Below, in pieces: positions 28,233 through 39,004 of a stretch of DNA of 64,000 bases. The DNA is from Bacteroidales bacterium (GTDB lineage: Bacteria > Bacteroidota > Bacteroidia > Bacteroidales > P3): the NCBI GenBank assembly GCA_017559135.1, contig JAFYSZ010000017.1, forward strand, positions 10,140 through 74,139, read 5' to 3'. A model generated the notes under the pieces. That model saw nothing but the letters and a program-made list of their open reading frames with translations, made no database searches and was not told the DNA's origin. The first letter of the stretch is position 1. The number at the start of each line of letters is the position of its first letter. Position numbers and translations under genes: made by a program.

Positions 28233-31142
28233 ATGAAGAAAATTAGATTATTTATCACGCTTTTGATTTGTGCAGTTGTGAGTTTGAACCTCTCTGCTCA
28301 ATCATTTAAGTACGAAAGTGTTAAGAATGATCCTTTGAATGCAAGGATTTACACTCTTGGAAATGGACTTAAAGTCTATATGTCGGTCAATAAAAGTGAG
28401 CCAAGAATACAAACTTACATTGCAGTAAGGGTTGGTAGCAAGAATGATCCAAGTGCTACAACAGGATTGGCACATTATTTTGAGCACATGATGTTTAAGG
28501 GAACAGAAAAGTTTGGAACAACAAATTGGAAGAAGGAAAAAGAATACATAGAAAAGATAGAAAAACTTTATGAAGTGTATCGTAAGGAGACAGACGCTAC
28601 AAAACGAAAAGGATTGTATGCAGAAATTGACTCTTTGTCTTACATAGCGTCTGGATTTGCGATTGCAAACGAATATGACAAGATGATGAGTTTCATAGGC
28701 AGTCAAGGAACAAATGCTGCGACAAGTAACGATTACACATTCTATCAAGAAGATATTCCAAGCAATCAATTAGAAAATTGGGCAAAGATTCAAGCAGATC
28801 GTTTTGCTAATCCTGTTTTGAGACTTTTCCATACAGAGTTGGAAACTATATATGAAGAAAAAAATATGAGTCTTACAAAGGATTATCGTAAGGTAAATGA
28901 AGCAATGCTTAAAGCTTTATTCCCTTCGCATCCTTACGGACAACAAACAACCTTAGGAGAAGCAGAGCATTTGCGTAATCCAAGTTTGAAAAATATTAAA
29001 GAATTTCACTCTCAATACTATGTGCCAAACAATTATTGTATTGCAATGAGTGGAGACTTTGATCCAGATCAAGCAATCAAAATTATAGATAAATATTTCG
29101 GTGGTTTGAAACAAAGAATTGTACCGGACTTGGAATATAAAGCTGAAAAAGAAATCACAAAAGTTAAGGAAATAGAAGTAAAAGGTTTAGAAAGTGAATA
29201 TATTACAATAGCATATAGAATCAATGCAGGAAGTACTTCAAAGGAAGCAATGATGGCTGAATTGATTGATATGATTCTAAACAATGGATACACAGGTTTG
29301 ATAGATAAAAACATTAATCAAAAACAACTTTGTCAAAGAGCAAACAGCGGAGTGTATGGATTGAACGACTATACTGCTTTTATTTTAAGAGCATATCCTA
29401 CACAAGGACAAAGTCTTGACGAATTAAAGTCAATTCTTTTGAGACAAATTGATATTTTGAAGACAGGAAATTGGGACGAAAGTATTTTGCAAGCAGGAAT
29501 CAATAATATGAAATTCCGTGAAATACGTTCTTTGGAGTCAAACTCTGCAAGAGCAATGAAAATGGCGATGAGTTATCTTTCAAACGTTGAATGGGAAAAC
29601 GAAGTTAATTACTTAAACAACCTTTCTCAAATCACAAAAGATGAAATCGTTGCTTTCGCAAACCAAATCTTTAAATCAAACAACTATGTTGTTATAAAGA
29701 AAATCAAAGACGAGCCAGAATCGGTTGCAAAGGTTGAAAAACCAGCAATAACTCCTATTCAAATCAATCGTAGTGCAGAAAGTGATTTCTTTAAGAAAGT
29801 AAAAGAAGCAAAAGTAGAAGCAATAAAACCTGTTTTTGTTGATTACGACAAAGATATGAGCATAAAGAAAATGCAAAATGGTACAGAAATTCTTTATGTT
29901 AAGAATAACGACAACACACGTTATAGTTTATCATTCCGTTACGCTGTTGGTACTTGGGAAAACAAGTATTTAGGATTGCTTGGTTACTATCAAGATTTCT
30001 TATATACTCCGTTTATGACACAAGAACAAATAAAAGAAAAATTATACAACATAGCTTCTTCATTTAGAATAAGCACAAGCGGAGATGAAACGGTAGTTAC
30101 AATTGAGGGTTTGACAGAAAATCTTTTGGAAGCCTTGGATATAGTTGATGGAATATTGACAAATCCTTGTCTTGACGAGAAAGCGTTGGAAAATATCAAG
30201 CAAAAAATGTTGAAAGAACGTGCAGAAGCAAAGAGTTCGCAACAACAATGTTTCTCAAAACTATCTTCTTATGCTCTTTATGGCAAAAAGAATGCTCATC
30301 GTACACTTTTGAGTGATAAAGAAATCAATAAACTAACTACAAAGCAACTTACAGACCAAATAAAAGGACTTAAAAATTATAAAGAACAGATTACATATTA
30401 TGGAGATTTGAATATAGATGCTATTGAAGACTATTTGTTCCGTCATCACAAGATGAACGATGGCTCAAAAAAGAAAGCAGACACAAAACTTTCAGAAAAA
30501 CAAAAGATAACTAAGAATAAAGTCTATTTTGTGAATTATCCAGCAAATCAGTCTTATTGTAGAATGTTTATTGTTGGCGATAAATATGACGAAAGCCAAA
30601 GAGCAGTTGCTGCAATGTACAATGAATACTTCGGAGGCAGTATGAACAGCATCGTTTTCCAAGAAATGAGAGAAAAACGCTCACTTGCATATCAAGCATC
30701 TTCACGTTACATAATGGGAAGTGATAAGAATGATAGAAATTATAACCTTGCACACATAGCAACTCAAAACGATAAAGTGGTAGAAGCCTTTGATGCCTTC
30801 AATTCTTTATTAGATTATATGCCTGTTGCAGAGAATAATTTTGAACTTGCAAAACAAGCAATCCTTAAATCAATAGCAACAAACCGCACAACAAAGCAAG
30901 GAATTATTTCTTCTTATCTTAACGACAAACAATACGAAAGAAAGAACAATAGTCAAAAGAAAATGTACGAGCAATTACAAAAAATAACCTTTGATGACAT
31001 AAAAGCATTTAGCGAACAAAAACTTAAAGGTCAAAAAAGAGTCTATGTAATTCTCGGAAGCAAAGACCAAATCAATTTTGACGAAGTTAAAAAATTCGGA
31101 GACATAGAAGAATTAACCTTAGAAGAAATCTTCGGATACTAA
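28233..31142 (+). CDS. M16 (insulinase/pitrilysin) family zinc peptidase, 969 aa
   Basis: Signal peptide, inverted zinc motif HYFEHMMFKG (HxxEH), and duplicated M16 halves. Confidence 0.9.
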   Translation: MKKIRLFITLLICAVVSLNLSAQSFKYESVKNDPLNARIYTLGNGLKVYMSVNKSEPRIQTYIAVRVGSKNDPSATTGLAHYFEHMMFKGTEKFGTTNWKKEKEYIEKIEKLYEVYRKETDATKRKGLYAEIDSLSYIASGFAIANEYDKMMSFIGSQGTNAATSNDYTFYQEDIPSNQLENWAKIQADRFANPVLRLFHTELETIYEEKNMSLTKDYRKVNEAMLKALFPSHPYGQQTTLGEAEHLRNPSLKNIKEFHSQYYVPNNYCIAMSGDFDPDQAIKIIDKYFGGLKQRIVPDLEYKAEKEITKVKEIEVKGLESEYITIAYRINAGSTSKEAMMAELIDMILNNGYTGLIDKNINQKQLCQRANSGVYGLNDYTAFILRAYPTQGQSLDELKSILLRQIDILKTGNWDESILQAGINNMKFREIRSLESNSARAMKMAMSYLSNVEWENEVNYLNNLSQITKDEIVAFANQIFKSNNYVVIKKIKDEPESVAKVEKPAITPIQINRSAESDFFKKVKEAKVEAIKPVFVDYDKDMSIKKMQNGTEILYVKNNDNTRYSLSFRYAVGTWENKYLGLLGYYQDFLYTPFMTQEQIKEKLYNIASSFRISTSGDETVVTIEGLTENLLEALDIVDGILTNPCLDEKALENIKQKMLKERAEAKSSQQQCFSKLSSYALYGKKNAHRTLLSDKEINKLTTKQLTDQIKGLKNYKEQITYYGDLNIDAIEDYLFRHHKMNDGSKKKADTKLSEKQKITKNKVYFVNYPANQSYCRMFIVGDKYDESQRAVAAMYNEYFGGSMNSIVFQEMREKRSLAYQASSRYIMGSDKNDRNYNLAHIATQNDKVVEAFDAFNSLLDYMPVAENNFELAKQAILKSIATNRTTKQGIISSYLNDKQYERKNNSQKKMYEQLQKITFDDIKAFSEQKLKGQKRVYVILGSKDQINFDEVKKFGDIEELTLEEIFGY

Positions 31143-31150
31143 AAATAAAA

Positions 31151-31186
31151 AAGGAGAGAATTTAATTCTCTCCTTTTTCTTTTTTA
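31151..31186. terminator. bidirectional terminator between the M16 peptidase gene and korB
   Basis: Stem aaggagagaa/ttctctcctt (10 bp), with an A-tract upstream and a T-tract downstream. Confidence 0.75.
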
Positions 31187-31197
31187 TCTTACAACAA

Positions 31198-32223
31198 CTA
31201 TTCTATTTCCCAAGTTTCTCCACTGTTTAACAAATCATCTACACATTTAATCTTAGGATTTTCTTGTGCTTCTATCATTTGTTTTTCAAAGAGTTGGTTA
31301 TATGTTGGTTGTTTGTAGGCTCTGATTACTCCGAACGCCATTGGGAATTGTGGTGGACGCATTTGTGCAAGCATCATGTGGATTCCTGTGTTTTCTGTCG
31401 TTTCATCGTGAACTAAAATATCGTCTTCTGTTATTCCGTTCTCGCCTATTGTTACTACTTCAAGGTTTGTGCCTCTTAAAACGATACCTTTGTCTTTGTT
31501 TTTGCCGAAAATCATTGGTTTTCCGTGCTCTAACCACAATTGACGGTCGTCTCTTACTTCTTTATCGGTAACTTCTTTGTGCGCACCATCGTTAAAGATT
31601 ACGCAGTTTTGCAATACTTCAACCACAGCTGCACCATCGTGTTCTGCCATGTGCATACAAACTTTTTGAAGTTGAGCTGGTTGATTATCTATCGCTCTTG
31701 CGAAGAAAGTTCCTCTTGCTCCAATTACTAATTCACCTGGATTGAAAGGATAATCTATAACTCCGAAAGGAGAAGTTTTAGTTATTTGTCCTTGTTTGGT
31801 TGTTGGTGAATATTGTCCTTTTGTTAGTCCATAAATACGATTGTTAAATAATATGTAATTAACGTCCATATTTCTTCTAACAAAGTGTATGAAATGGTTT
31901 CCTCCGATTGCAGTTGCATCACCATCGCCTGAGTTAATCCAAACTGAAAGTTTAGGATTTGCTATTTTAACTCCTGTTGCGATTGCGGCTGCTCTTCCGT
32001 GAATAGAATGGAATCCGTATGTGTTTACATAGTATGGGAAACGGCTTGAACAGCCTATTCCTGATACCATACAGAAACTTTCTTTTTTATATCCTATTTT
32101 AGGAAATACATTTAATACTGATGCTAATATTCCGTGGTCTCCACAACCTGGACACCATTTAACCATTTGATCACTGGCGAAATCCGCTTTTGTTAATTCG
32201 ACAGCTGAATGTTCTATAGCCAT
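31198..32223 (-). CDS. korB: 2-oxoglutarate:ferredoxin oxidoreductase, beta (TPP-binding) subunit
   Basis: ..KWCPGCGDHGIL.. and ..SGDGDATAIGGNHFIH.. TPP-binding motifs. Paired with the alpha subunit 3 nt upstream. Confidence 0.9.
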   Translation of the reverse strand: MAIEHSAVELTKADFASDQMVKWCPGCGDHGILASVLNVFPKIGYKKESFCMVSGIGCSSRFPYYVNTYGFHSIHGRAAAIATGVKIANPKLSVWINSGDGDATAIGGNHFIHFVRRNMDVNYILFNNRIYGLTKGQYSPTTKQGQITKTSPFGVIDYPFNPGELVIGARGTFFARAIDNQPAQLQKVCMHMAEHDGAAVVEVLQNCVIFNDGAHKEVTDKEVRDDRQLWLEHGKPMIFGKNKDKGIVLRGTNLEVVTIGENGITEDDILVHDETTENTGIHMMLAQMRPPQFPMAFGVIRAYKQPTYNQLFEKQMIEAQENPKIKCVDDLLNSGETWEIE

Positions 32224-32226
32224 TTC

Positions 32227-34065
32227 TTATTCTCCTAAAATTTGATTAAACACTTCTTTTAATTCACTTACTTCAAAAGGTAGGCCTTGTACTTTATTAT
32301 ATTGATGGAACATCATTCCTTGGAAGTTCATTCTCAAATAATTTACAAATTGTCCCATATTCAATTCACAAACCACAACCTTTTTATATCTCTTCAACAT
32401 TTCTTCTGTGTTCTTTGGAAGAGGCATTATGTAGTTAAATTGAGTAAATGCAATGCTTTTTCCTTCTGCTTGTAATTCTTGAACAGCACAACGCAAAGCT
32501 CCTTCTGTTCCTCCCCAACCAACAACTAATAAATCTGCTGATTCTGCTCCTTCTACTTCTTGGTTAGGAATACGATTTGCTACTCTTTCAACTTTTTCTT
32601 TTCTATATTTAACCATTTGTTCGTGGTTAGCACTGTCGGTTGAAACACTTCCTTTTCCAGAAAGTTTTTCCAAACCTCCAATTCTATGACGCAATCCGTC
32701 CATTCCAGGAACTGCCCATTGTCTTACAAGAGTTTCTGGGTCTCTGTTGTAAGGTGCGTAATTAGGATCGTTAGGTGTTGCAAAAGGTGGGTTGATTTTT
32801 GGAAGATCTGCCATCTTTGGAATTCTGAAAAGTTGAGAACCGTTTCCTAAATATCCATCTGTTAAAAGTATTGTTGGAGTCATCGTTTCCAAAGCTAAAC
32901 GTGCTGCTTCAAATGCCCAATAGAAACAATTTGCTGATGAAGATGCTGCAACTACTATACAAGGTGCTTCTCCATTTCTTCCAAATAATGCTTGTGTAAG
33001 GTCAGATTGTTCTGTTTTTGTAGGCAATCCTGTTGATGGACCTCCTCTTTGAACATCTACAATCACAAGTGGCAATTCTGTCATAACGGCTAATCCAATT
33101 GCTTCGCTCTTTAAAGACAATCCTGGGCCAGAAGTTGAAGTACAAGCCATTGCTCCTGCGAATGAAGCTCCGATTGCAGAACAAATACCTGCGATTTCGT
33201 CTTCTGCTTGGAATACTCTTGCTCCTAATGATTTGTGTTTTGCTAATTCTATCAAAATATCAGTTGCAGGAGTAATAGGATAAGAACCTAAGAATAAAGG
33301 AAGTCCTGCTTTTTCTGCTGCTGCAAGCAATCCCCATGCAGTTGCGATGTTTCCTGTAATGTTTCTGTATTTTCCTTTTGGCATTACAGCTTGCTCAACT
33401 ATCATTTGGCTTTCTAAAATGTCTGTGTTTTCACAGAAATTGAAGCCTGCTCTAACTACTGCTTTGTTTGCTTGAACAAGTTCAGGCTTTTTAGCAAATT
33501 TCTTTTCCAAATATGAATCGGTATGCTCTAATCCTTTTCCAAATATAAAGAAAATCATACCTAAGGCGAACATATTTCTACATTTTAATGCTGATTTTCT
33601 ATCTGCAAAAATGTCTTTTACTGTTTCTATTGTGAAACTTGTGATAGGGGCTTTAATTAATCTGTAATTTGAAAGCGAATCATCTTCAAGCGGATTAGAA
33701 GAATAACCTGCTTTTTCTATTGCTTCGTCTTCAAAAGTATCAGCATCAACAATTATAATACCTCCTATCTTAGCCCATTTCAAATTAGCCTTTAACGAAG
33801 CAGGGTTCATTGCTACTAATACGTCAGCTTTATCGCCTGAACTATAAATCTTCTTTCCGATATGTACTTGGAAACCTGATACACCTGCCACTGTATTGTG
33901 TGGAGCTCTGATTTCTGCTGGATAATCTGGGAATGTCGCAATGTCATTACCGTCCAAAGCAGAAGTATCTGAGAAAAGTGTACCTGTAAGTTGCATTCCA
34001 TCGCCGGAATCTCCGACAAATTTGATTACAACGTCTTCTCTTTTAATAACTTCTTTTGCTGTCAT
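32227..34065 (-). CDS. korA: 2-oxoglutarate:ferredoxin oxidoreductase, alpha subunit
   Basis: 612 aa with fused gamma-like N-terminal domain (GDSGDGMQ..) and alpha core (..GSYPITPATDI.., ..QAEDEIAG..). Confidence 0.9.
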   Translation of the reverse strand: MTAKEVIKREDVVIKFVGDSGDGMQLTGTLFSDTSALDGNDIATFPDYPAEIRAPHNTVAGVSGFQVHIGKKIYSSGDKADVLVAMNPASLKANLKWAKIGGIIIVDADTFEDEAIEKAGYSSNPLEDDSLSNYRLIKAPITSFTIETVKDIFADRKSALKCRNMFALGMIFFIFGKGLEHTDSYLEKKFAKKPELVQANKAVVRAGFNFCENTDILESQMIVEQAVMPKGKYRNITGNIATAWGLLAAAEKAGLPLFLGSYPITPATDILIELAKHKSLGARVFQAEDEIAGICSAIGASFAGAMACTSTSGPGLSLKSEAIGLAVMTELPLVIVDVQRGGPSTGLPTKTEQSDLTQALFGRNGEAPCIVVAASSSANCFYWAFEAARLALETMTPTILLTDGYLGNGSQLFRIPKMADLPKINPPFATPNDPNYAPYNRDPETLVRQWAVPGMDGLRHRIGGLEKLSGKGSVSTDSANHEQMVKYRKEKVERVANRIPNQEVEGAESADLLVVGWGGTEGALRCAVQELQAEGKSIAFTQFNYIMPLPKNTEEMLKRYKKVVVCELNMGQFVNYLRMNFQGMMFHQYNKVQGLPFEVSELKEVFNQILGE

Positions 34066-34223
34066 TACTTTGAGTTTTATATTATTTTTTATTTTTACGC
34101 TAAATAATCTGCAAATTTAGTAAGTTTATTCCATTTGAAGAAAAAAAAACACGCTTTTATTCGGTTATTCTACGTATTTATAGATAACTTTGCACTCGAA
34201 TTTAAGAATAAAATTAGAAATTG

Positions 34224-35213
34224 ATGAATAATAATACCTTTGGAAAGAGTTTTCGTTTGACAACTTTCGGAGAAAGTCATAGCACTTGCCTTGGTGGAAT
34301 TATAGAAGGCTTTCCTGCTAATCTGAAAATAGATTACCCTCTGATTAAAAGTGAATTAGAAAAAAGAAAATCAACATCTCCATTCTCTACTCCAAGGATT
34401 GAAGAAGATAAAGTTGTTTTTATTTCAGGAATTGAAAACAATATTTCCTTAGGTACACCGATTGCATTTTTGATAGAAAATAAAAATGTGAAAAAACAAG
34501 ACTATGAAAATCTAAAAACTCTTTTTCGTCCTTCGCATGCCGATTACACATATTTTTGTAAGTACGGCATAAATGCGAGTTCAGGAGGAGGAAGATCATC
34601 TGCAAGAGAAACTGTTTGCAGAGTTGTTGGAGGAAGTTTGGCTAAACAATTTCTTTCTCTATATCAAATAAATATTGAATCGGAAATAACACAAATAGGA
34701 CAATTTGACTACATTGCACAACGCAATCAGGCAGAAGAAGCACTAAAACAAGCAAAAGAAAATGGCGATAGTTTAGGAGGAGTAATAAAATGTATAATTC
34801 ACAACGTGCCAAAAGGACTTGGAGAGCCAATCTTTGACAAATTTTCAGCAACTCTTGCACAAGCAATGATAAGCATTCCCGCAGCAAAAAGCTTTGAAAT
34901 AGGAGACGGATTAGAATCTTGCAAACGTTTAGGCAGTGAAGATATAGACCATTGGAATCAAGACTTCACAACAAAAACCAATCATAGCGGAGGAGTGCAA
35001 GGAGGAATAACAAACGGAATGGACGTTGTTTTCAGCGTAGGATTTAAACCTATTGCATCAATTCGCACAATTCGAGCAATAAATCCACAAGGAGAAATCA
35101 CCGAAATAGAAAATAATGGCAGACATGACTGTTGCAATCTTTTCAGAGCAAGAGTTGTAGTAGAATCAATGGCAGCCCTTACAATAGCAGACTTTATTAA
35201 ACGAGCAAAATAA
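34224..35213 (+). CDS. aroC: chorismate synthase
   Basis: ..FGKSFRLTTFGESHS..LGGIIEGFPA.., ..RPSHADYTY.. and ..GGGRSSARET.. signatures. A TAacTTTG box lies about 40 nt upstream. Confidence 0.9.
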   Translation: MNNNTFGKSFRLTTFGESHSTCLGGIIEGFPANLKIDYPLIKSELEKRKSTSPFSTPRIEEDKVVFISGIENNISLGTPIAFLIENKNVKKQDYENLKTLFRPSHADYTYFCKYGINASSGGGRSSARETVCRVVGGSLAKQFLSLYQINIESEITQIGQFDYIAQRNQAEEALKQAKENGDSLGGVIKCIIHNVPKGLGEPIFDKFSATLAQAMISIPAAKSFEIGDGLESCKRLGSEDIDHWNQDFTTKTNHSGGVQGGITNGMDVVFSVGFKPIASIRTIRAINPQGEITEIENNGRHDCCNLFRARVVVESMAALTIADFIKRAK

Positions 35214-35223
35214 AAGAATAGAA

Positions 35224-35973
35224 ATGAATATGAAAATAAGCAGAAAAATTTTCTTTGTTTTATTTATTTTTTTAGCCGTTTCGTGCAAAGAAAACAAAGA
35301 ACTAAAAAAAGATTTCTTTACTTTATCGGGAGTAGTCTCCAATTCAACAGAACAATACTTGGTTTTAAGCGAAGTAGGTAAAAGCGGATTTACTCAAAAC
35401 GATACAATACCTATTGATGAAAAAGGAAATTTTTCAAAAAGCATAAAAATGCAAGAACCGACCCTTTACAGCTTATCTTATGGCAAAGAGTACATTATTA
35501 TATGTCCTGCAATAGAAGAAGAAATAAAAATAAAAGCTGTTGCAAATAACTTTTCAGGAACTTATATGGTAGAAGGCTCAAAAGAATCTGAACTTTTGAA
35601 GAAATTAAACAAAGAAAACTATAATGTACGCTTATCCTTAAAAAGTATGAGTGAAGAATTAAAGAAAACAGATGTTGAAAAATTAGACTCTGTACGTGCA
35701 AGCATGTTAGAAAAATACATCTCAACAAAACAATATCAAGAAAAAATAACCAAAGACTTTATAAATGAAAACTTAGGTTCGCTTACAACACTCATAGCAC
35801 TTCATCGTACTTTTGATGGAATCCCTTTATTTGATTTTCGTCAAGACTTAGAAATTCATAAACGCGTTCTTAAAGCCTTAGAGCAAACCTTCCCAAACAA
35901 TCAACACACATTAACGCTCAAAAACTTTATTGCAGAAAAAGAAAAAGCACAAAAGGAAAATGGAATTAAGTAG
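35224..35973 (+). CDS. hypothetical lipoprotein (DUF4369-like N-terminal region)
   Basis: Lipobox LAVSC. The N-terminal ..FTLSGVVSNSTEQYLVLSEV.. resembles the DUF4369 beta-sandwich seen in Bacteroidota. No thioredoxin CxxC. Confidence 0.5.
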   Translation: MNMKISRKIFFVLFIFLAVSCKENKELKKDFFTLSGVVSNSTEQYLVLSEVGKSGFTQNDTIPIDEKGNFSKSIKMQEPTLYSLSYGKEYIIICPAIEEEIKIKAVANNFSGTYMVEGSKESELLKKLNKENYNVRLSLKSMSEELKKTDVEKLDSVRASMLEKYISTKQYQEKITKDFINENLGSLTTLIALHRTFDGIPLFDFRQDLEIHKRVLKALEQTFPNNQHTLTLKNFIAEKEKAQKENGIK

Positions 35974-36709
35974 AAAAAAAATATATTTCGCCTCAGACTT
36001 TCACTTAGGTAATAGTACGAGAAAAAACAATCTAAGAAAAGAAAAATTAGTTGTGCGATGGCTTAATGCTATTTCAAAAGATGCAGAAGAAATCTACCTT
36101 TTAGGAGATGTATTTGACTTTTGGTTTGAATACAAAAACGTTGTTCCCAAAGGATTTGTGCGATTTCTTGGGACTCTTGCTCATTTAGCAGATTCAGGAA
36201 TAAGAATCCATCTTTTTTGTGGCAATCACGATTTATGGATAAGAGATTATTTTCAAGAAGAATTAGGAATAATTGTTCACAAACAAAATGAAATCCTTAC
36301 CCTTAAAGGTAAAACATTTATGCTTGGACACGGAGATGGATTAGATCCAAAAGATAAAAAATACAAATTTATAAACACAATATTTAAAAACAAATTTTGC
36401 ATATCTGCTTTTGCAAGTCTTCACCCCCGTTGGGCGATTGCCATAGCACAAAAGTGGAGTAAAAGTTCACGTGCCTCACATTCCGAAACCGACAAAATAG
36501 ACTTAGAAGAAAAAGAACCTATTTATAAATTTTGTCTCAAAACAATAGAAACACAAAAAATAGATTACTTTGTTTTTGGCCATCGACATTTGGTTTGTAG
36601 CAAGAAAATAAAAGACAAAACTTACTATATGAATCTTGGCTATTGGAACATATACGGACACTATGCAGTTTGGGACGGAAGAAAACTTATAATTAAAAAA
36701 TTTGATTAA
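35960..36709 (+). CDS. lpxH: UDP-2,3-diacylglucosamine diphosphatase (LpxH-type metallophosphoesterase)
   Basis: Calcineurin-like motifs in order: SDFHLG, GDVFDFW, GNHDLW, GHGD, GHRH. The start was set at the ATG at 35960 (MELSRKKIYF..). Confidence 0.8.
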   Translation: MELSRKKIYFASDFHLGNSTRKNNLRKEKLVVRWLNAISKDAEEIYLLGDVFDFWFEYKNVVPKGFVRFLGTLAHLADSGIRIHLFCGNHDLWIRDYFQEELGIIVHKQNEILTLKGKTFMLGHGDGLDPKDKKYKFINTIFKNKFCISAFASLHPRWAIAIAQKWSKSSRASHSETDKIDLEEKEPIYKFCLKTIETQKIDYFVFGHRHLVCSKKIKDKTYYMNLGYWNIYGHYAVWDGRKLIIKKFD

Positions 36710-36781
36710 GAAAAAACTTTTTTTACCTTTGCACACAGATTTTTCTGTAAAAGATTATTCATAATTAAATAAAATATAGAG

Positions 36782-37885
36782 ATGAAAAACACACCATTTA
36801 CACAAAAACACATCGAATTAGGAGCCAAAATGGCTGAATTCGCTGGTTACAATATGCCAATTTCATACGAAGGATTGGTAGTAGAACACAATAATGTAAG
36901 AAATGCAGTTGGAGTATTTGACGTTTCTCACATGGGAGAGTTTAGAGCAAAAGGCCCAAAGGCATTTGAATTTGTTCAACGTTGCACTTCAAACGATATA
37001 GCAACATTATTTGACGGTAAAGTATTATATACAGTTCTTCCAAACGGCAAAGGCGGAATCGTAGACGATATGTTGGTTTACCAAGTCTCAAAAGAAGAAT
37101 ATTTTATGGTGCCAAACGCAGCAAATATTGACAAAGATTGGGCTTGGATGAGCAAAATAGCAGAAGAAATGGGCTTAGTATTAGGTCAAGACTTCACAAA
37201 CGAAAGCGAAAGCTATGGACAATTAGCAGTACAAGGTCCTTTGGCATTAAAAGCAATGCAAAAACTTACAGAAACTCCTATTGAAGATATGGAATACTAC
37301 ACATTCAAATTCTTGACTTTTGCAGGAATTGAAAACGTTCTTTTATCTACAACAGGATATACAGGAGCAGGTGGATGCGAAATCTACTTTGACAAAAAAT
37401 ATGCAGACAAAATTTGGGACGCAGTCTTTGAAGCAGGAAAAGAATTCGGAATAATGCCTGCTGGATTAGGATGTAGAGATACACTTCGTTTAGAAATGGG
37501 ATTCTGTTTATACGGACACGAAATTGATGACGAAACATCTCCAATTGAAGCAGGATTAAATTGGCTTACAAAGTTTGTTGACGGAAACGATTTCATAGAC
37601 AGAGAACGTCTTGAACAACAAAAAGCAAACGGAGTTAGCAAAAAATTAGTAGGATTCCAAATGATAGACAAAGGAATCCCACGTCAAGGATACGAAGTGT
37701 GCGATGCAGAAGGCAATGTAATAGGAAAAGTTTGTTCAGGAACACAATCACCTTCTTGCGGTGTAGCAATCGGAACAGCACACGTAGCAACAGCATTCAG
37801 CAAAAAAGACACAGAAATCTTTATCAAAGTAAGAGAAAAACTATTAAAAGCAATAGTTGTAAAAATGCCTTTCTACAAAGGATAA
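36782..37885 (+). CDS. gcvT: glycine cleavage system aminomethyltransferase T
   Basis: ..FAGYNMPISYEG..HNNVRNAVGVFDVSHMGEF.. and ..GYTGAGGCEIY.. A TAccTTTG box lies upstream. Confidence 0.95.
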   Translation: MKNTPFTQKHIELGAKMAEFAGYNMPISYEGLVVEHNNVRNAVGVFDVSHMGEFRAKGPKAFEFVQRCTSNDIATLFDGKVLYTVLPNGKGGIVDDMLVYQVSKEEYFMVPNAANIDKDWAWMSKIAEEMGLVLGQDFTNESESYGQLAVQGPLALKAMQKLTETPIEDMEYYTFKFLTFAGIENVLLSTTGYTGAGGCEIYFDKKYADKIWDAVFEAGKEFGIMPAGLGCRDTLRLEMGFCLYGHEIDDETSPIEAGLNWLTKFVDGNDFIDRERLEQQKANGVSKKLVGFQMIDKGIPRQGYEVCDAEGNVIGKVCSGTQSPSCGVAIGTAHVATAFSKKDTEIFIKVREKLLKAIVVKMPFYKG

Positions 37886-37901
37886 TTCAAAGATAAAACA
37901 C

Positions 37902-37939
37902 AAGCCCACAAGACAAAAAAAAGTTTTGTGGGCTTTTTT
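37902..37939 (+). terminator. rho-independent terminator after gcvT
   Basis: Stem aagcccacaa/ttgtgggctt followed by TTTT. Confidence 0.75.
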
Positions 37940-37957
37940 ACAAAACAAAATCAAGAA

Positions 37958-38968
37958 ATGAAATACAAAACTCCTACATCAAAACGCACAAAACAACTTG
38001 CAATGATACTAAGTCTAATACCTAATATAGTATTAGCACAACAAGGAGTAATTGTATTCCACAATTGTGAAAATTTTTTCTATCCTACCAAAGACAGCAT
38101 AGCACTTGACGATGATTTTACCGCAGAAGGCAAAAAACGATGGAACTTTTCGCGATACAATACTAAGAAAAACCTACTAGCCAAGACCTATATAGCAGCA
38201 GGAAAAAGCAATATGCCCGCAATAATAGGCTTGTGCGAGATAGAAAACGACAAAGTGTTATACGATTTATGCAAAGACTCTCCCTTACGCAAAGGAAAAT
38301 ACAAATATATTCACTATCCATCAGAAGACATCAGAGGAATAGACGTAGCATTACTATACAACGAACAATTTACACCTCTTTCGCATAAAAAAATAGTAAT
38401 TCCCACAGAAGAAAACGAAGAAAAAACACGAGACGTTCTTTATGTACAAGGAATAATGCAAGATATAAAACTAAATATCTATGTAATTCACGCCCCCTCA
38501 CGCCGAGAACACAACATAAAAAAGGCTTTGCGCACAAAAATGTTTGCGATAGTCAATAGTCATATTGAAGAACTAAGACAAAAAGGAGAAGAAAACTTTA
38601 TCATAATGGGCGATATGAACGACAACCCTTGGGATTCTTCAATCAAAGACGGTTTCAAAACCATTGCACACCGCAATAACCCCGATCCATTTCTTGTAAA
38701 CCTAATGCGAAACAACAAAAACAAACGAGGCTCTTACGTTTACAGCGGAGATTATTGCAATTTCGATCAATTTATAGTATCAAAACCCCTCTTGAATCAC
38801 TTAGAAACAGAAGGAAAAGAAGAAGAAATGATTTTCCGCCCCGATTTCCTAATAGATAAAGACAAAAGCAATCGCTTAATTCAGCCACTTTCCACCTACA
38901 AAGGAATGCACTACCAAGGCGGAGCAAGCGATCATTTCCCAATAAGACTGTTTTTAAAAGAAAAATAA
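37958..38968 (+). CDS. endonuclease/exonuclease/phosphatase (EEP) family protein
   Basis: Signal-like N-terminus. EEP motifs ..IGLCEIEN.., ..VIHAPSR.., ..GDMNDNP.. and the terminal ..SDHFPI. The ATG at 37958 is preferred because the GTG at 37928 lies inside the gcvT terminator stem. Confidence 0.8.
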   Translation: MKYKTPTSKRTKQLAMILSLIPNIVLAQQGVIVFHNCENFFYPTKDSIALDDDFTAEGKKRWNFSRYNTKKNLLAKTYIAAGKSNMPAIIGLCEIENDKVLYDLCKDSPLRKGKYKYIHYPSEDIRGIDVALLYNEQFTPLSHKKIVIPTEENEEKTRDVLYVQGIMQDIKLNIYVIHAPSRREHNIKKALRTKMFAIVNSHIEELRQKGEENFIIMGDMNDNPWDSSIKDGFKTIAHRNNPDPFLVNLMRNNKNKRGSYVYSGDYCNFDQFIVSKPLLNHLETEGKEEEMIFRPDFLIDKDKSNRLIQPLSTYKGMHYQGGASDHFPIRLFLKEK

Positions 38969-39004
38969 AAAATTCCCCCCTTGACTTAACGCCAAATGCG
39001 TGCG

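Noticed and set aside
36710-36781. Glycine riboswitch upstream of gcvT
   Set aside because: The leader is only about 70 nt, most of it is promoter (TACCTTTG box), and it lacks the conserved GGAGAG/CACCG-type cores of glycine aptamers.
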